Shown here: piece after piece, positions 1 to 9,919 of the stretch
Numbering within the stretch: the stretch's first letter is position 1
Layout: every line of letters starts with the position of its first letter
Origin: Promethearchaeota archaeon
GTDB taxonomy: Archaea > Asgardarchaeota > Lokiarchaeia > Sigyniarchaeales > SOKP01
NCBI GenBank assembly: GCA_016839765.1
Contig: JAEOTP010000048.1
Location: forward strand, 1 to 50,121
Direction: 5' to 3'
Length of the DNA: 50,121 nt
Made by a program: the position numbers and the translations under genes
The notes under the pieces: model-generated
The model's database searches: none
Seen by the model: the letters and a program-made list of their open reading frames with translations, nothing else
What the model was told of the DNA's origin: nothing

Positions 1-405
1 AAAAAATTCAGACTCCTTTTACCTTCATATGTATCGGGGGCTTCAGGAGCTTTAGTCTTATATGATATAACAAGCAGAGAATCTTTAGAAGATTTACATG
101 ATTGGATAAAAGTGATTAATTCTGTTCCAAATTCTCCCAAAACTAAAATATTAGTAGAAGCCAAGATAGATTTAGAAGACCAAAGAGAAGTGAATATTGA
201 TGAGGCTGAAAAGATACATTATAAATATAATTTTAAGGGTGAAATTATCGGTACATCCTCGAAATCTGGAGAAAATGTTGAAAAAGTATTTGAAACACTT
301 GGAAGGGAAATACTAGAATATTCATTAAAAAAATGTCCTAATTGTGGTAGATTTTATCCCTTAGAATTAAAATTTTGTCAGTATTGTGGAAATCGTACCC
401 AATAA
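1..405 (+). CDS. Rab/Ras-like small GTPase with C-terminal Zn ribbon (5' partial)
   Basis: Frame 1 is open from base 1: KKFRLLLPSYVSGASGALVLYDITSRESLEDLHDWI (post-G3 Rab-like segment). G4-like EAKIDLEDQREV, G5 TSSKSGENVEKVF, then CPNC..CQYC. Confidence 0.9.
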   Translation, partial: KKFRLLLPSYVSGASGALVLYDITSRESLEDLHDWIKVINSVPNSPKTKILVEAKIDLEDQREVNIDEAEKIHYKYNFKGEIIGTSSKSGENVEKVFETLGREILEYSLKKCPNCGRFYPLELKFCQYCGNRTQ

Positions 406-549
406 GAAATTAATTTTTACCTATTAAATCAATTCTATTGTTTTCTAATTTCCTTAAAAATAATTTCAGAAAACGAAAAACTTAAAGAAATTATTAATTT
501 TTAAATTTAAAAGTAGAAGACATTCAGATAAAATTTGTGGTAGTAAAAG

Positions 550-1611
550 TTGAATTACGATATTAATAAAGACATTCATGAAATTATAAACCGTCTTAGT
601 CAAAATAATATAAGTTTCAAAGATAAAGTTATCTTAGTAACTGGAGGGACTGGATTTTTAGGTTCTTGGGTTTGTGATGTACTTGTTAAACAGGAAGCTT
701 TTTGTATTTGTGTTGATAACCTATCTTCCGGACGATTTGATAATATATCCCATTTAATGGATAAGGAAAATTTTAGATTTATAAATCATGATATATCGGA
801 ACCAATATATTTTGGCTTGACTCATCATCCTAAGGGCATATGTGTGGGGGATATTAAGAAAATAGATATTGTAATGCATATGGCAAGTAGGGCTTCTCCT
901 TTTGAATTCAAGAAATATCCTATTCCGATATTAAAAAGTAATACTCTTGGTACTATGAATGCATTGGGTATCGCTAAAGCTCATAATGCCTTGTTCTTTT
1001 ATACGAGCACATCTGAAGTATATGGAAATCCTCCTAAAGATGCCGTCCCTACCTCAGAAGAATATTTTGGGCATGTGAATCCAGTAGGGCCTAGATCGTG
1101 CTATGATGAATCAAAAAGAGCTGGAGAAGCCTTTGTTAAAGCTTATGAACTTCAACATAAAATTAAAACAAAGATTGTGAGAATTTTTAATACTTCTGGT
1201 CCTAGAATAAGACATGGACCTGAATTTGGACGAGTTATTCCTAATTTTATACATCAAGCGTTAAATGACGACGATATCACTGTTTTTGGTGATGGCTCTC
1301 AAACAAGGTCATTTACCTATGTTGTAGATGAAATTGAAGGTATTTTAAAAATGGTTCATAATGATCAAGCAATTGGAGATGTAATCAATTTAGGTAATAA
1401 TAAAGAATATACAATATTAGAATTAGCCAAAATTATTAAAGAATTGGCTCACTCTAATTCTAAGATAATTTTTAAGTCTTTACCTATTGATGATCCTGTA
1501 AGAAGATGTCCTGATATAACAAAGGCAAAAAAATTATTAAATTGGGAACCAAAAACTCCCTTAAGAGAAGGCTTAGAAAAAACGATTGCATGGTTTAAGG
1601 ATAATGTATAG
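550..1611 (+). CDS. UDP-glucuronate decarboxylase-like NAD-dependent epimerase/dehydratase (extended SDR)
   Basis: VTGGTGFLGS, TSTSEVYG, GPRSCYDESKR, RIFNT, GDGSQTRSF and DDPVRRCPDI are UXS1-type motifs. Confidence 0.9.
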   Translation: MNYDINKDIHEIINRLSQNNISFKDKVILVTGGTGFLGSWVCDVLVKQEAFCICVDNLSSGRFDNISHLMDKENFRFINHDISEPIYFGLTHHPKGICVGDIKKIDIVMHMASRASPFEFKKYPIPILKSNTLGTMNALGIAKAHNALFFYTSTSEVYGNPPKDAVPTSEEYFGHVNPVGPRSCYDESKRAGEAFVKAYELQHKIKTKIVRIFNTSGPRIRHGPEFGRVIPNFIHQALNDDDITVFGDGSQTRSFTYVVDEIEGILKMVHNDQAIGDVINLGNNKEYTILELAKIIKELAHSNSKIIFKSLPIDDPVRRCPDITKAKKLLNWEPKTPLREGLEKTIAWFKDNV

Positions 1612-2122
1612 AATAGAGAAGAATCCTGAACATAGTTTAACCAATCGAAAGCAATTTGAAAAAATTGTAATAACTAGTTTAATTATAGGAATTATAATTG
1701 TAACCGGCTTTATAATTTATTATCTATTAACTCCGGAACCTGGTTTTGTCGTTTTTGGATTATTAAATTCAGAAGGAAAGGCAGAAAATTATCCAACAGA
1801 AGCAAATGTTGCAGAAAATATCTCTTTTTATGTATCTGTTGAAAATTATTTAAATAGAGATTTTACCTTTAAAGTAGAAATTTTAAAGGGGGATAATAAT
1901 ACTATTTTGAGTTCGAGTGGGTATGAAAGTGCTGCGTCTTACTTCAATACAACTCAAACTACAAAACAACACGGTGAAATTTGGATCTCTGAAAAGTTAA
2001 ATGTTTCTTTTTTGAATCCTGGCTCAAATCAAATAATTATCGCTGTATTATGGGGAATAATCGATAATTCTACTGAGAATTTCTATAATATCTTATGGTT
2101 AAGATTGAATATTATACCTTAA
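1604..2122 (+). CDS. DUF1616-like membrane-anchored protein
   Basis: N-terminal TM helix followed by FGLLNSEGKAENYP and a C-terminal LWLRLNI. The ATG at 1604 overlaps the end of the upstream gene. Confidence 0.7.
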   Translation: MYRIEKNPEHSLTNRKQFEKIVITSLIIGIIIVTGFIIYYLLTPEPGFVVFGLLNSEGKAENYPTEANVAENISFYVSVENYLNRDFTFKVEILKGDNNTILSSSGYESAASYFNTTQTTKQHGEIWISEKLNVSFLNPGSNQIIIAVLWGIIDNSTENFYNILWLRLNIIP

Positions 2123-3489
2123 GAAGCACTACCGATAATTTGTACATCTGCTATTTTAACAAATGGAGCTTGAAAAGGTCCATAAACTTTTGTTTCCTTA
2201 GATATTTCCTCAATATTTCTAAATAAGTCTAATAAATTAATCCCAAACATAGTTTCATTTAATGCATCTAAAATTTCTCCATTTCGTATCAGATTTCCTT
2301 GAAGTATTAACCCTGAGAAATCACCTGTAGAAATATTTGGTCTATCCCCTGTGTAATCTAAAAGGATGCCTTCTTTGACATTCTGTATAATCTCATCTTT
2401 AGATGACTTCCCAGATTGAAGAATCAAGTTTTTAATGCCAATACCTGGAAGAGAACTATATGAATCACGTGCTGCATTTCCAGAACTCTCAACACCCTCT
2501 TTTCCTGCGGTGTAGCTATTGTGTAATAAGCCAGACTTTAAAAACTTACCCTTATCGATAACTCTTTTATTTTTGCATGGGACACCTTCTCCATCAAACG
2601 TAGCAGATCCTACAGCACCTTCAATTAAAGCATTATCCTCAATATTTAAAAATTCTGGTCCAAGATATTCCCCTCTCCTATCAACTAGGAAGCTTCTTTT
2701 GTACTGGAAGGTTTCTGCATTGATAGCTGAAGCTAATGGTCTTAAAATGAAACTAATAACCCCTTTTGGGGTAAGAATTAATGGTGCTTTTATGCTATTT
2801 ATTTTCTTTCTATTTAAATTCCTTTTCGCATTTTTCAATGCGGTTTTAACAACATTTTTACTATTAATACCATTTAAATTCCTTTCAATCTGACTTTCAA
2901 AACCAAAAGAAGTATCATTTGTTATTTCATCCTTAACAATAACATGTGAAGAAATAGAGCTAATTGTAGTTTTTGAGTCTATACTTAGACCATTAGAATT
3001 GAAGATAAATGTTTTATTATAACTAGATGAGAAATTCCCCGACTGGGAAATTGCCATATCGTCTTTATCACATATATTGATTAAATCTTCTGCGTATAGT
3101 ATTGAATCCTCAATTGATAAATATTTTATATCTTTATCATATAAACCATTAACGGTTTTATAAACCTCATACTTAGGGGGTAAATCTTTAAAATCAGGAT
3201 CTTCAGTTCCGGTTTTCATCAGACTGATGGCAGTTTTAACCATTTTCTCAATATATTTTCTTTCTAGTCTATTTGTATATGCAAACCCTAATGAGCCCTT
3301 TTGATTGATAACACGAATTCCAACGCCTAGATCGCTCCCAATTTCATTATTTTTTATTGAGTTTTCTTCTATATCTATATTTAAATAATCACTTAGATAA
3401 AAATAAATTTCAGCGAATTTTGCTGTTAACTTTTCTGCAATATTAAGTGCGAATAATGCTAGATTAGAAACATCAGATTTATTTTGCAT
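2119..3489 (-). CDS. pmbA: PmbA/TldE family protein
   Basis: GVGIRVI, FDGEGVP, SSGNA and TGDFS motifs; no HExxxH; immediately downstream of tldD. Confidence 0.88.
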   Translation of the reverse strand: MQNKSDVSNLALFALNIAEKLTAKFAEIYFYLSDYLNIDIEENSIKNNEIGSDLGVGIRVINQKGSLGFAYTNRLERKYIEKMVKTAISLMKTGTEDPDFKDLPPKYEVYKTVNGLYDKDIKYLSIEDSILYAEDLINICDKDDMAISQSGNFSSSYNKTFIFNSNGLSIDSKTTISSISSHVIVKDEITNDTSFGFESQIERNLNGINSKNVVKTALKNAKRNLNRKKINSIKAPLILTPKGVISFILRPLASAINAETFQYKRSFLVDRRGEYLGPEFLNIEDNALIEGAVGSATFDGEGVPCKNKRVIDKGKFLKSGLLHNSYTAGKEGVESSGNAARDSYSSLPGIGIKNLILQSGKSSKDEIIQNVKEGILLDYTGDRPNISTGDFSGLILQGNLIRNGEILDALNETMFGINLLDLFRNIEEISKETKVYGPFQAPFVKIADVQIIGSAS

Positions 3490-4941
3490 TTAATTAAGTC
3501 CTCCCACAGTAATATCCTCAATTCTAATAAACGGTCCACCATCACAAACTCGCACACCTTGACCACCTTTCCCACATATGCCATCAGAATAATTAAAAGT
3601 ACTTTTATCCCCAATAGCTGTAATTCTTTTTAACACCTCTAATGTCATTCCAGAAAGAGACACATCTCTCATTAATTCTTTTTTCTCTCCATTCTCAATT
3701 CTATAAGAAAATTTACATTTAAATTGAAAATTTCCAGTGGTGGTATCTGTATATCCATATTGAAAATCCTCACAAAGTACTCCAGACTTAGTGTCTTCAA
3801 TCATTTCCTCCAACTTCCAATCTTTTGGCTCCAAATAGGTGAATCCCATTCTAACTTGAGGGATTGCAACACTTGAGTTTGCCCTCCCATGACCATTAGG
3901 CTCTATTGACATTCTGGATGCTGTTTCTATATTGTGTAAAAAGTTTCGAAGAATACCATCTTCAATTATTACGGTTTTTTGTGAAGGAATCCCCTCATCA
4001 TCCACATTATAACTCCCATATAATTCATATGGTAAATTAAATTTTTTACCTTGACCTATAGTTGGATCATCGATAACATTTACTTCTTCAATTGCAACAG
4101 TTTTTCCGATTTTATCCTCTAATATGCTTTCTTTATTTAAAACAATATCAGCTTCGCATGCATGACCAAAAGCTTCATGAATGAATGTTCCTGTTAATTT
4201 AGGATCCATTATAACGTTAAATTTACCACCAACAGGAGATTTAGCATCTAAAAGCATTATTGCTTGTTTTGCTGATTTTAAACTTATATTTTGAGCAGCC
4301 TCTGTTTCCATGATTTCAAAACCCCCAACCCCTCCTACTGAATTCATTGCGTTTTGGATTAATCCTTTCCTTTGAGCATAAACGGCTGAAAAAAGACGTA
4401 AAACTTCTAGATCCTGGTAAACTTGACTTCCGAATGAATTTAAAAATAAATTTTTAAAATATCCATCTAAATATACTGTACGGGTATTCTTTATTTCTTT
4501 AGAATATTTTGAAGAAATATCCTCATGGTTTTTTACAATTTCAATTTTATCTTTAATATCAATGCTTTCTAAATTCCTTACGCTTTTAATTTTAAATTTT
4601 TTATTAAGAGGATCACTTTCATTTATATTAAATTGAAACTTACATAGAGATTGTGATTTCCTTGCTAATTTTATCGCTTTTAAAAAACCATCTATTATAT
4701 TATTTTTATCTATTTTTTTTAAGACACAAAAACCCCATCCACCATTGATAAATGCTCTTATTCCACATTCTAAAGTCTCATATGAGCTAATTTCTTTACT
4801 TCGTTGATTTGTGAAGCTTAAAACTGTTCCATTGTTTAAGGTCGTTCTAATATCCCAATATTCAATATTATCTCTAGCTAAATTTGAAAGTTCTTTAACC
4901 AAATTATCATCATATATTTTTAATTCATCAGCAATTTCCAT
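3490..4941 (-). CDS. tldD: TldD metalloprotease
   Basis: HEAFGHACEAD, DDEG, GHGRA, and C-terminal CGKGGQGVRVCDGGP. Confidence 0.92.
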   Translation of the reverse strand: MEIADELKIYDDNLVKELSNLARDNIEYWDIRTTLNNGTVLSFTNQRSKEISSYETLECGIRAFINGGWGFCVLKKIDKNNIIDGFLKAIKLARKSQSLCKFQFNINESDPLNKKFKIKSVRNLESIDIKDKIEIVKNHEDISSKYSKEIKNTRTVYLDGYFKNLFLNSFGSQVYQDLEVLRLFSAVYAQRKGLIQNAMNSVGGVGGFEIMETEAAQNISLKSAKQAIMLLDAKSPVGGKFNVIMDPKLTGTFIHEAFGHACEADIVLNKESILEDKIGKTVAIEEVNVIDDPTIGQGKKFNLPYELYGSYNVDDEGIPSQKTVIIEDGILRNFLHNIETASRMSIEPNGHGRANSSVAIPQVRMGFTYLEPKDWKLEEMIEDTKSGVLCEDFQYGYTDTTTGNFQFKCKFSYRIENGEKKELMRDVSLSGMTLEVLKRITAIGDKSTFNYSDGICGKGGQGVRVCDGGPFIRIEDITVGGLN

Positions 4942-5013
4942 TGTACACAGCTATTAATAGTTTTTGCATTGAGACTGTAAAAAAAAACAAATCTAATAAA
5001 AAGATTGAATAAT

Positions 5014-5046
5014 ACTAAATTAAAGAATTTTATTCTTTAAATTAGT
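5014..5046. repeat. Intergenic inverted repeat (15-bp arms, one mismatch, 3-nt loop)
   Basis: actaaattaaagaat-ttt-attctttaaattagt lies just after the stop of 5052..5300 and upstream of tldD. Confidence 0.55.
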
Positions 5047-5051
5047 TCAAT

Positions 5052-5300
5052 TCAAATAATTTCTTTTGGAATTCTTTTTTGATATTTTGTTAAGTTTTCG
5101 TTTTCTGCTTTCTCTTTTAGATGCTTTATAATTTTAGTTGCTTGAGAAAGTGTACACTTTTTTGAGAACTTTGCTGAATTTTTAAACTGGAATGAACGAT
5201 TACACTTCCAACATTTCTTTGTTTTTATTATGTTATTCACATAGTACCATTCTCCGCAATGATAACATCTATAGAAATAATATTTCTGAATATTCTGCAT
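5052..5300 (-). CDS. Small Zn-ribbon protein (DUF1922-like)
   Basis: YRCYHCG...KTKKCWKCNR; basic 82-aa ORF. Confidence 0.65.
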   Translation of the reverse strand: MQNIQKYYFYRCYHCGEWYYVNNIIKTKKCWKCNRSFQFKNSAKFSKKCTLSQATKIIKHLKEKAENENLTKYQKRIPKEII

Positions 5301-5512
5301 TCCAAATTACAGAAAGCGAGAAAGATTTAAAATTCAATTAAGATAAAAAATTTAGTGATTTGCTATATAGAATAGATAGGAATTCATTATTAAGGATTGA
5401 ATATTCTACTAATTAAAGCATAAATTGGTAATCCTAATCAAATAAGATATCAGCTTTTTAATAAAAAAGATAATATTAAAATTTTACTTAATTTAAATTA
5501 GAAAGAGTAAAG

Positions 5513-6880
5513 TTGAGTGATATGAGCCATAAATTTGTTCATCCGATTGAAACCCGTTATCGCACTGAGATGGCTGAGTTATTCACAGAAGAGAAAAAGT
5601 TGGAAAGTTGGCTAAAAGTTGAGGGCGTTTTAGCAAAAGTTCATGCAAAGTTTGGCAATTTACCTCAAGAAGAAGCAGAAGAAATTAATAAAAAAGCAAA
5701 TTTGAAATATGTGAAATTAGAGCGTGTGAAAGAAATCGATAGGGAAATCCATCACGATTTAATGGCTATGATAAAAGCATTAACAGAACAATGTGAAGGT
5801 GATGCTGGTAAATATATTCACTTAGGGGCAACAAGTTATGATATCGAAGATACTGCATTAGCCTTACAAATAAAGGAGGCGCTTAAAAACATCAAAGAAT
5901 CTCTTTTAATTTTATTGAAGGAATTAATTTCCTTAATGGATGAAAATAAGGATACTGTATGCATTGGAAGAACACATGGACAACATGCTCTGCCTACGAC
6001 ATATGGTATGAGGTTTGGTGTATGGGCTTATGAAATAAATAGACATCTTGATCGATTAAATGAGGTAATTGAGCGTATTTCTTATGGAAAAATGTCAGGA
6101 GCTATTGGAACTATGGCGAGTTTTGGAGATTATGGCATTGAATTACAAAAAGAAGTAATGAAAGAACTTGATTTAAATCCTGTCCTAATTGCAAATCAGA
6201 TAGTTCAAAGAGATAGGCATGCGGAGGTAATACTTTTAACCTCTTTAATTGGTCAAACCTTAGCAAAAATAGCTACGGAATTTCGAATTTTACAACGAAC
6301 TGAAATATCCGAAATGTTTGAACCATTCAAAAAAGCTCAAGTAGGTAGTTCAACAATGCCACAAAAACGTAATCCGCACAAATCTGAAAGAATTTGTAGT
6401 TTAGCAAGGATCTTAAAATCAAATGTGATTCCTGCCTTGGATAACATCATACTTGAAGATGAAAGAGATATAACAAATTCAGCAAATGAAAGAATCATCT
6501 TTGCTGAAAATTTTATATTTTTAGACTTTATGATAAAACAATTGACAAACAACTTAAAAGGTATCGAATTCGATATGAATAAAATCGAAGAGAACCTTAA
6601 CCTTACAAAAGGAGCTTGTTTATCTGAAAAAATAATGGTGAAGTTAGTTGCTAGAGGTATAGGAAGGCAAGAAGGGCATGAAATCTTACGACAATCTGCT
6701 ATTATATCTAAAAAAGAAGATCGCTTGATTAAAGATATTTTACTAGAAAATAATAAGATTAGAGATAAATTCACTAAGGAAGAATTGGATGAATTATTAG
6801 ATCCTCATAAATATATTGGCAAAGCCATTGTTCAAACTGAAGATTTAATAAAATTTCTTAAAAATAAATTTGATTTTTAA
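5513..6880 (+). CDS. purB: Adenylosuccinate lyase
   Basis: HLGATSYD, GRTHGQHA and the GSSTMPQKRNP signature. The start may be the ATG at 5522. Confidence 0.96.
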   Translation: MSDMSHKFVHPIETRYRTEMAELFTEEKKLESWLKVEGVLAKVHAKFGNLPQEEAEEINKKANLKYVKLERVKEIDREIHHDLMAMIKALTEQCEGDAGKYIHLGATSYDIEDTALALQIKEALKNIKESLLILLKELISLMDENKDTVCIGRTHGQHALPTTYGMRFGVWAYEINRHLDRLNEVIERISYGKMSGAIGTMASFGDYGIELQKEVMKELDLNPVLIANQIVQRDRHAEVILLTSLIGQTLAKIATEFRILQRTEISEMFEPFKKAQVGSSTMPQKRNPHKSERICSLARILKSNVIPALDNIILEDERDITNSANERIIFAENFIFLDFMIKQLTNNLKGIEFDMNKIEENLNLTKGACLSEKIMVKLVARGIGRQEGHEILRQSAIISKKEDRLIKDILLENNKIRDKFTKEELDELLDPHKYIGKAIVQTEDLIKFLKNKFDF

Positions 6881-6881
6881 A

Positions 6882-8063
6882 ATGACTAATAATAAGGATA
6901 TTTATTCTCAGTTAGGAGTTTCATCCAAAAAGGAGGAGGTCCATAAAGCAATTGAATCACTCGATAAGGGATTATTTCCCGGTGCTTTTTGTAAAATTGT
7001 TAGAGATTTCTATAACCGAGATGATTATTGCTCCATTTTTCATTCTGATGGAGCAGGTACAAAAGCTAATTTAGCTTATATGTATTATAAAGAAACAAAT
7101 GATATATCTGCTTTTAGGGGCATCGTGAGAGATGCTATTGTTATGAACATAGATGATATATTATGTGTTGGAGAAATGGAGGATATTTTATTATCGAATA
7201 ACATCAGCCGAAATAGTCATCTAATTTCTGGAGATATTATTGGTATTATTATTAATGAATATGAATCTTATAGCAAGAAACTCTCTGATTTTGGGTTAAA
7301 TATAATTACTTGTGGGGGTGAGACTGCTGACGTAGGAGATATAGTTAAAACACTACTGGTTGATGCGTCTGTATTCACATCAATTAAACGAGATAATGTG
7401 ATTGATGCTAGTAATATACAAAAGGACGATGTAATAATAGGTTTAGCCAGTTATGGAAAAGCTTCCTACGAGGAGGAATATAATAGTGGAATAGGAAGTA
7501 ATGGATTGACTTTAGCAAGGCATGGGGTACTTTCTCATGATTATTATAAAAAATATCCCGAATGTTTTAATTCGAATATTGATGAGAAAATGATTTTTTT
7601 TGGAAATTACCTATTAACAGATGAAATTAAAGACCTGAATATGACAATTGGCAGAGCTCTTCTTTCTCCAACAAGAACATACCTTCCAATTCTATTGGAT
7701 GTGCTAAAAAGGTTTAAGAAAGAAATACATGGAATAATCCACAATACTGGTGGTGGACAAACAAAGGTATTAAAATTCGGGAGTGGTTTAAAATATATTA
7801 AGAATAATCTGTTTAAAATCCCAAAAATATTTCAAATTATTCAAAAATCATCTGAAACCCCATGGAATGAAATGTACCAAGTTTTTAACATGGGACATAG
7901 AATGGAAATTTATTGTAATGATTCTCTATCTAAGGATATTATCGATATTGCCAAAAAATACAAAATTGATTCGAAAGTTATCGGTCAATGTGAAAAACCA
8001 TCCAAGCAAAATAAAAATAAAGTGGAAATAAAATCAGAATTTGGTTCCTTTAGTTATACTTAA
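6882..8063 (+). CDS. purM: Phosphoribosylformylglycinamidine cyclo-ligase (AIR synthase), long bacterial-type variant
   Basis: YSQLGVS, DGAGTK, GGETADVGD, SNGLTLARH, LLSPTRTY and EMYQVFNMGHRME; directly follows purB. Confidence 0.9.
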   Translation: MTNNKDIYSQLGVSSKKEEVHKAIESLDKGLFPGAFCKIVRDFYNRDDYCSIFHSDGAGTKANLAYMYYKETNDISAFRGIVRDAIVMNIDDILCVGEMEDILLSNNISRNSHLISGDIIGIIINEYESYSKKLSDFGLNIITCGGETADVGDIVKTLLVDASVFTSIKRDNVIDASNIQKDDVIIGLASYGKASYEEEYNSGIGSNGLTLARHGVLSHDYYKKYPECFNSNIDEKMIFFGNYLLTDEIKDLNMTIGRALLSPTRTYLPILLDVLKRFKKEIHGIIHNTGGGQTKVLKFGSGLKYIKNNLFKIPKIFQIIQKSSETPWNEMYQVFNMGHRMEIYCNDSLSKDIIDIAKKYKIDSKVIGQCEKPSKQNKNKVEIKSEFGSFSYT

Positions 8064-8193
8064 TAATTTCATCTTAAAAATTGAATTCAAATTAAAGATG
8101 ATTTTTCAAGTATTAGAAAAAATAAAATAATAAAATTTAAAATTTTTTAAATCAATACTATGTTATTCATATTAACTAATATGCGATTAATTT

Positions 8194-9264
8194 ATGGCAA
8201 AGACTAAGAGTTCAATAAAATTAATATTTAAGCACAGACTCTATTTCTTTTTAGAAGTTCTAACAATATATTTTGGTGTATTTATTTTTTTTTTAATACT
8301 CCTAGTTATACCAAATTTAATAGTAGATGTAAGTTCAAGAGCTTATGAACCTTTATATTTTTTAATTAGAGCTTTGCTTATTGTAGCTGCAATTCCAACT
8401 TTCCTTTTTGTTTCTAATTTTGCTTTAGAACCACAAAAGAAAGAATTAATAATAAAGGAGGATATCAGTTCTTCAAAAAAATTTTTAGCATTATTTAGCA
8501 TTTCAGAAAAAAATTATAAATATCAACTTTTATATGGTATTCTTCTTCTATTTTTAGTTTTTATCCCATTAGATTTTTTTACTTATTTGTTTTTACCTGA
8601 TTTGTTAGAATACTCTACAATTGCTTTAAATATTTATTCTCCAGGCTCTTTAAATTCTTATCTATTAGAAAATTATGGTATTTTCATCATTTCTGTAATA
8701 ATAGTCCAAGTTTGTGTTTCTATATATGAAGAATCAAGAGATAGAGGATTTTTGGCTAATAGAGGGAGTGATTATATTCATAGTATGTCTGCTGTAATAA
8801 TATCTTCCTTTTCTTTTGGTTTAGGTCATTTTAATTATATGTTTACGCCATACACAATAGACTTACCTATAATTTATCCATTGATTTGGTTTCTACAAAC
8901 ATTTTTTGTAGGAATAATTCTGGCAATGATAGTAATAAGAAAAAGGTGGCTCTTCCCTGCTATCTTCGCCCATGCTGTTAATAATATCATTACATTGCAG
9001 GCAGTATGGAATTATTTGCAAGGCAATGACTTTTTTCCTATAGCACTATTTTTATACTGCCCATTATTGATAATCAGCATAATATTATTAATATTGCAAT
9101 CTCCTCGGATTAAAGAAGGCTTATCAATTGGTTTTAAAGAATTTGGTTCATATTTTAAGAATGATATAAGGATAAAAGAAACTTCTATGCATAAAATTGT
9201 TAGAATTCTAGCAGACTTCCTTTTTGGGGCCATTATTTTTCTAGTTAGTATTTTGTTAATGTAA
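8194..9264 (+). CDS. CPBP (CAAX/Abi-type) intramembrane metalloprotease
   Basis: Multiple TM helices; EESRDRG, FGLGH and HAVNN motifs. Confidence 0.85.
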   Translation: MAKTKSSIKLIFKHRLYFFLEVLTIYFGVFIFFLILLVIPNLIVDVSSRAYEPLYFLIRALLIVAAIPTFLFVSNFALEPQKKELIIKEDISSSKKFLALFSISEKNYKYQLLYGILLLFLVFIPLDFFTYLFLPDLLEYSTIALNIYSPGSLNSYLLENYGIFIISVIIVQVCVSIYEESRDRGFLANRGSDYIHSMSAVIISSFSFGLGHFNYMFTPYTIDLPIIYPLIWFLQTFFVGIILAMIVIRKRWLFPAIFAHAVNNIITLQAVWNYLQGNDFFPIALFLYCPLLIISIILLILQSPRIKEGLSIGFKEFGSYFKNDIRIKETSMHKIVRILADFLFGAIIFLVSILLM

Positions 9265-9279
9265 GAAGTTAAGATTATT

Positions 9280-9801
9280 ATGGTTAAATTTGGAATAATT
9301 GCAGACACTCATTTTACTCCTAAAGATGAAATACTCAAGATTCGAAATTTAATAGACCAATTGAAAAAAGCATTCAAAGATGTAGATGAGATTATTCATG
9401 TTGGAGATGTATGTAATAGATCTTTTTTGCATGAACTAGAAAAAATAGCACCAACTAAATGTGTACGTGGAAATGAAGATAAATTCGAAAATTTACCAGA
9501 GTTTATTAAATTTTCGGTGAGTAAATACAATATAGGAGTAATTCATAAACCACCAAAGGATATAGAAGCATTTTTTAAAGAAAATAGTTTACATATATTA
9601 ATTACTGGTCATACCCATCAACCATTGATAAAGGGAACTCCTTATAATACATTAATTATTAATCCTGGAAGTCCTACTCAACCAAAAGCACCACCCCAGA
9701 AAAAAGGGTTTGATACTCCAAGAGCAAGGCCAAGTGTTATTACCTTAAATATAGCTAAGGATGAGATTTTAACAACTTTTTTAATTAATCTAAATATATA
9801 A
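9280..9801 (+). CDS. YfcE/Vps29-family metallophosphoesterase
   Basis: IADTH, HVGD, VRGNED, GHTH and INPGS motifs. Confidence 0.9.
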   Translation: MVKFGIIADTHFTPKDEILKIRNLIDQLKKAFKDVDEIIHVGDVCNRSFLHELEKIAPTKCVRGNEDKFENLPEFIKFSVSKYNIGVIHKPPKDIEAFFKENSLHILITGHTHQPLIKGTPYNTLIINPGSPTQPKAPPQKKGFDTPRARPSVITLNIAKDEILTTFLINLNI

Positions 9802-9919
9802 AGTTAAATATGTTAATTATAAAATTAATTAATATTAAATAATAGAAAGTTCATATTTATTATACAAGATATTTTACGCGAGAATATTATTCAATAAACA
9901 AAATTATGTGATTTTTCTT

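Noticed and set aside
810-860. Extra loop (GLTHHPKGICVGD) in the UXS-like protein, as a possible intron
   Set aside because: No convincing stem or BHB found; treated as a protein insertion.
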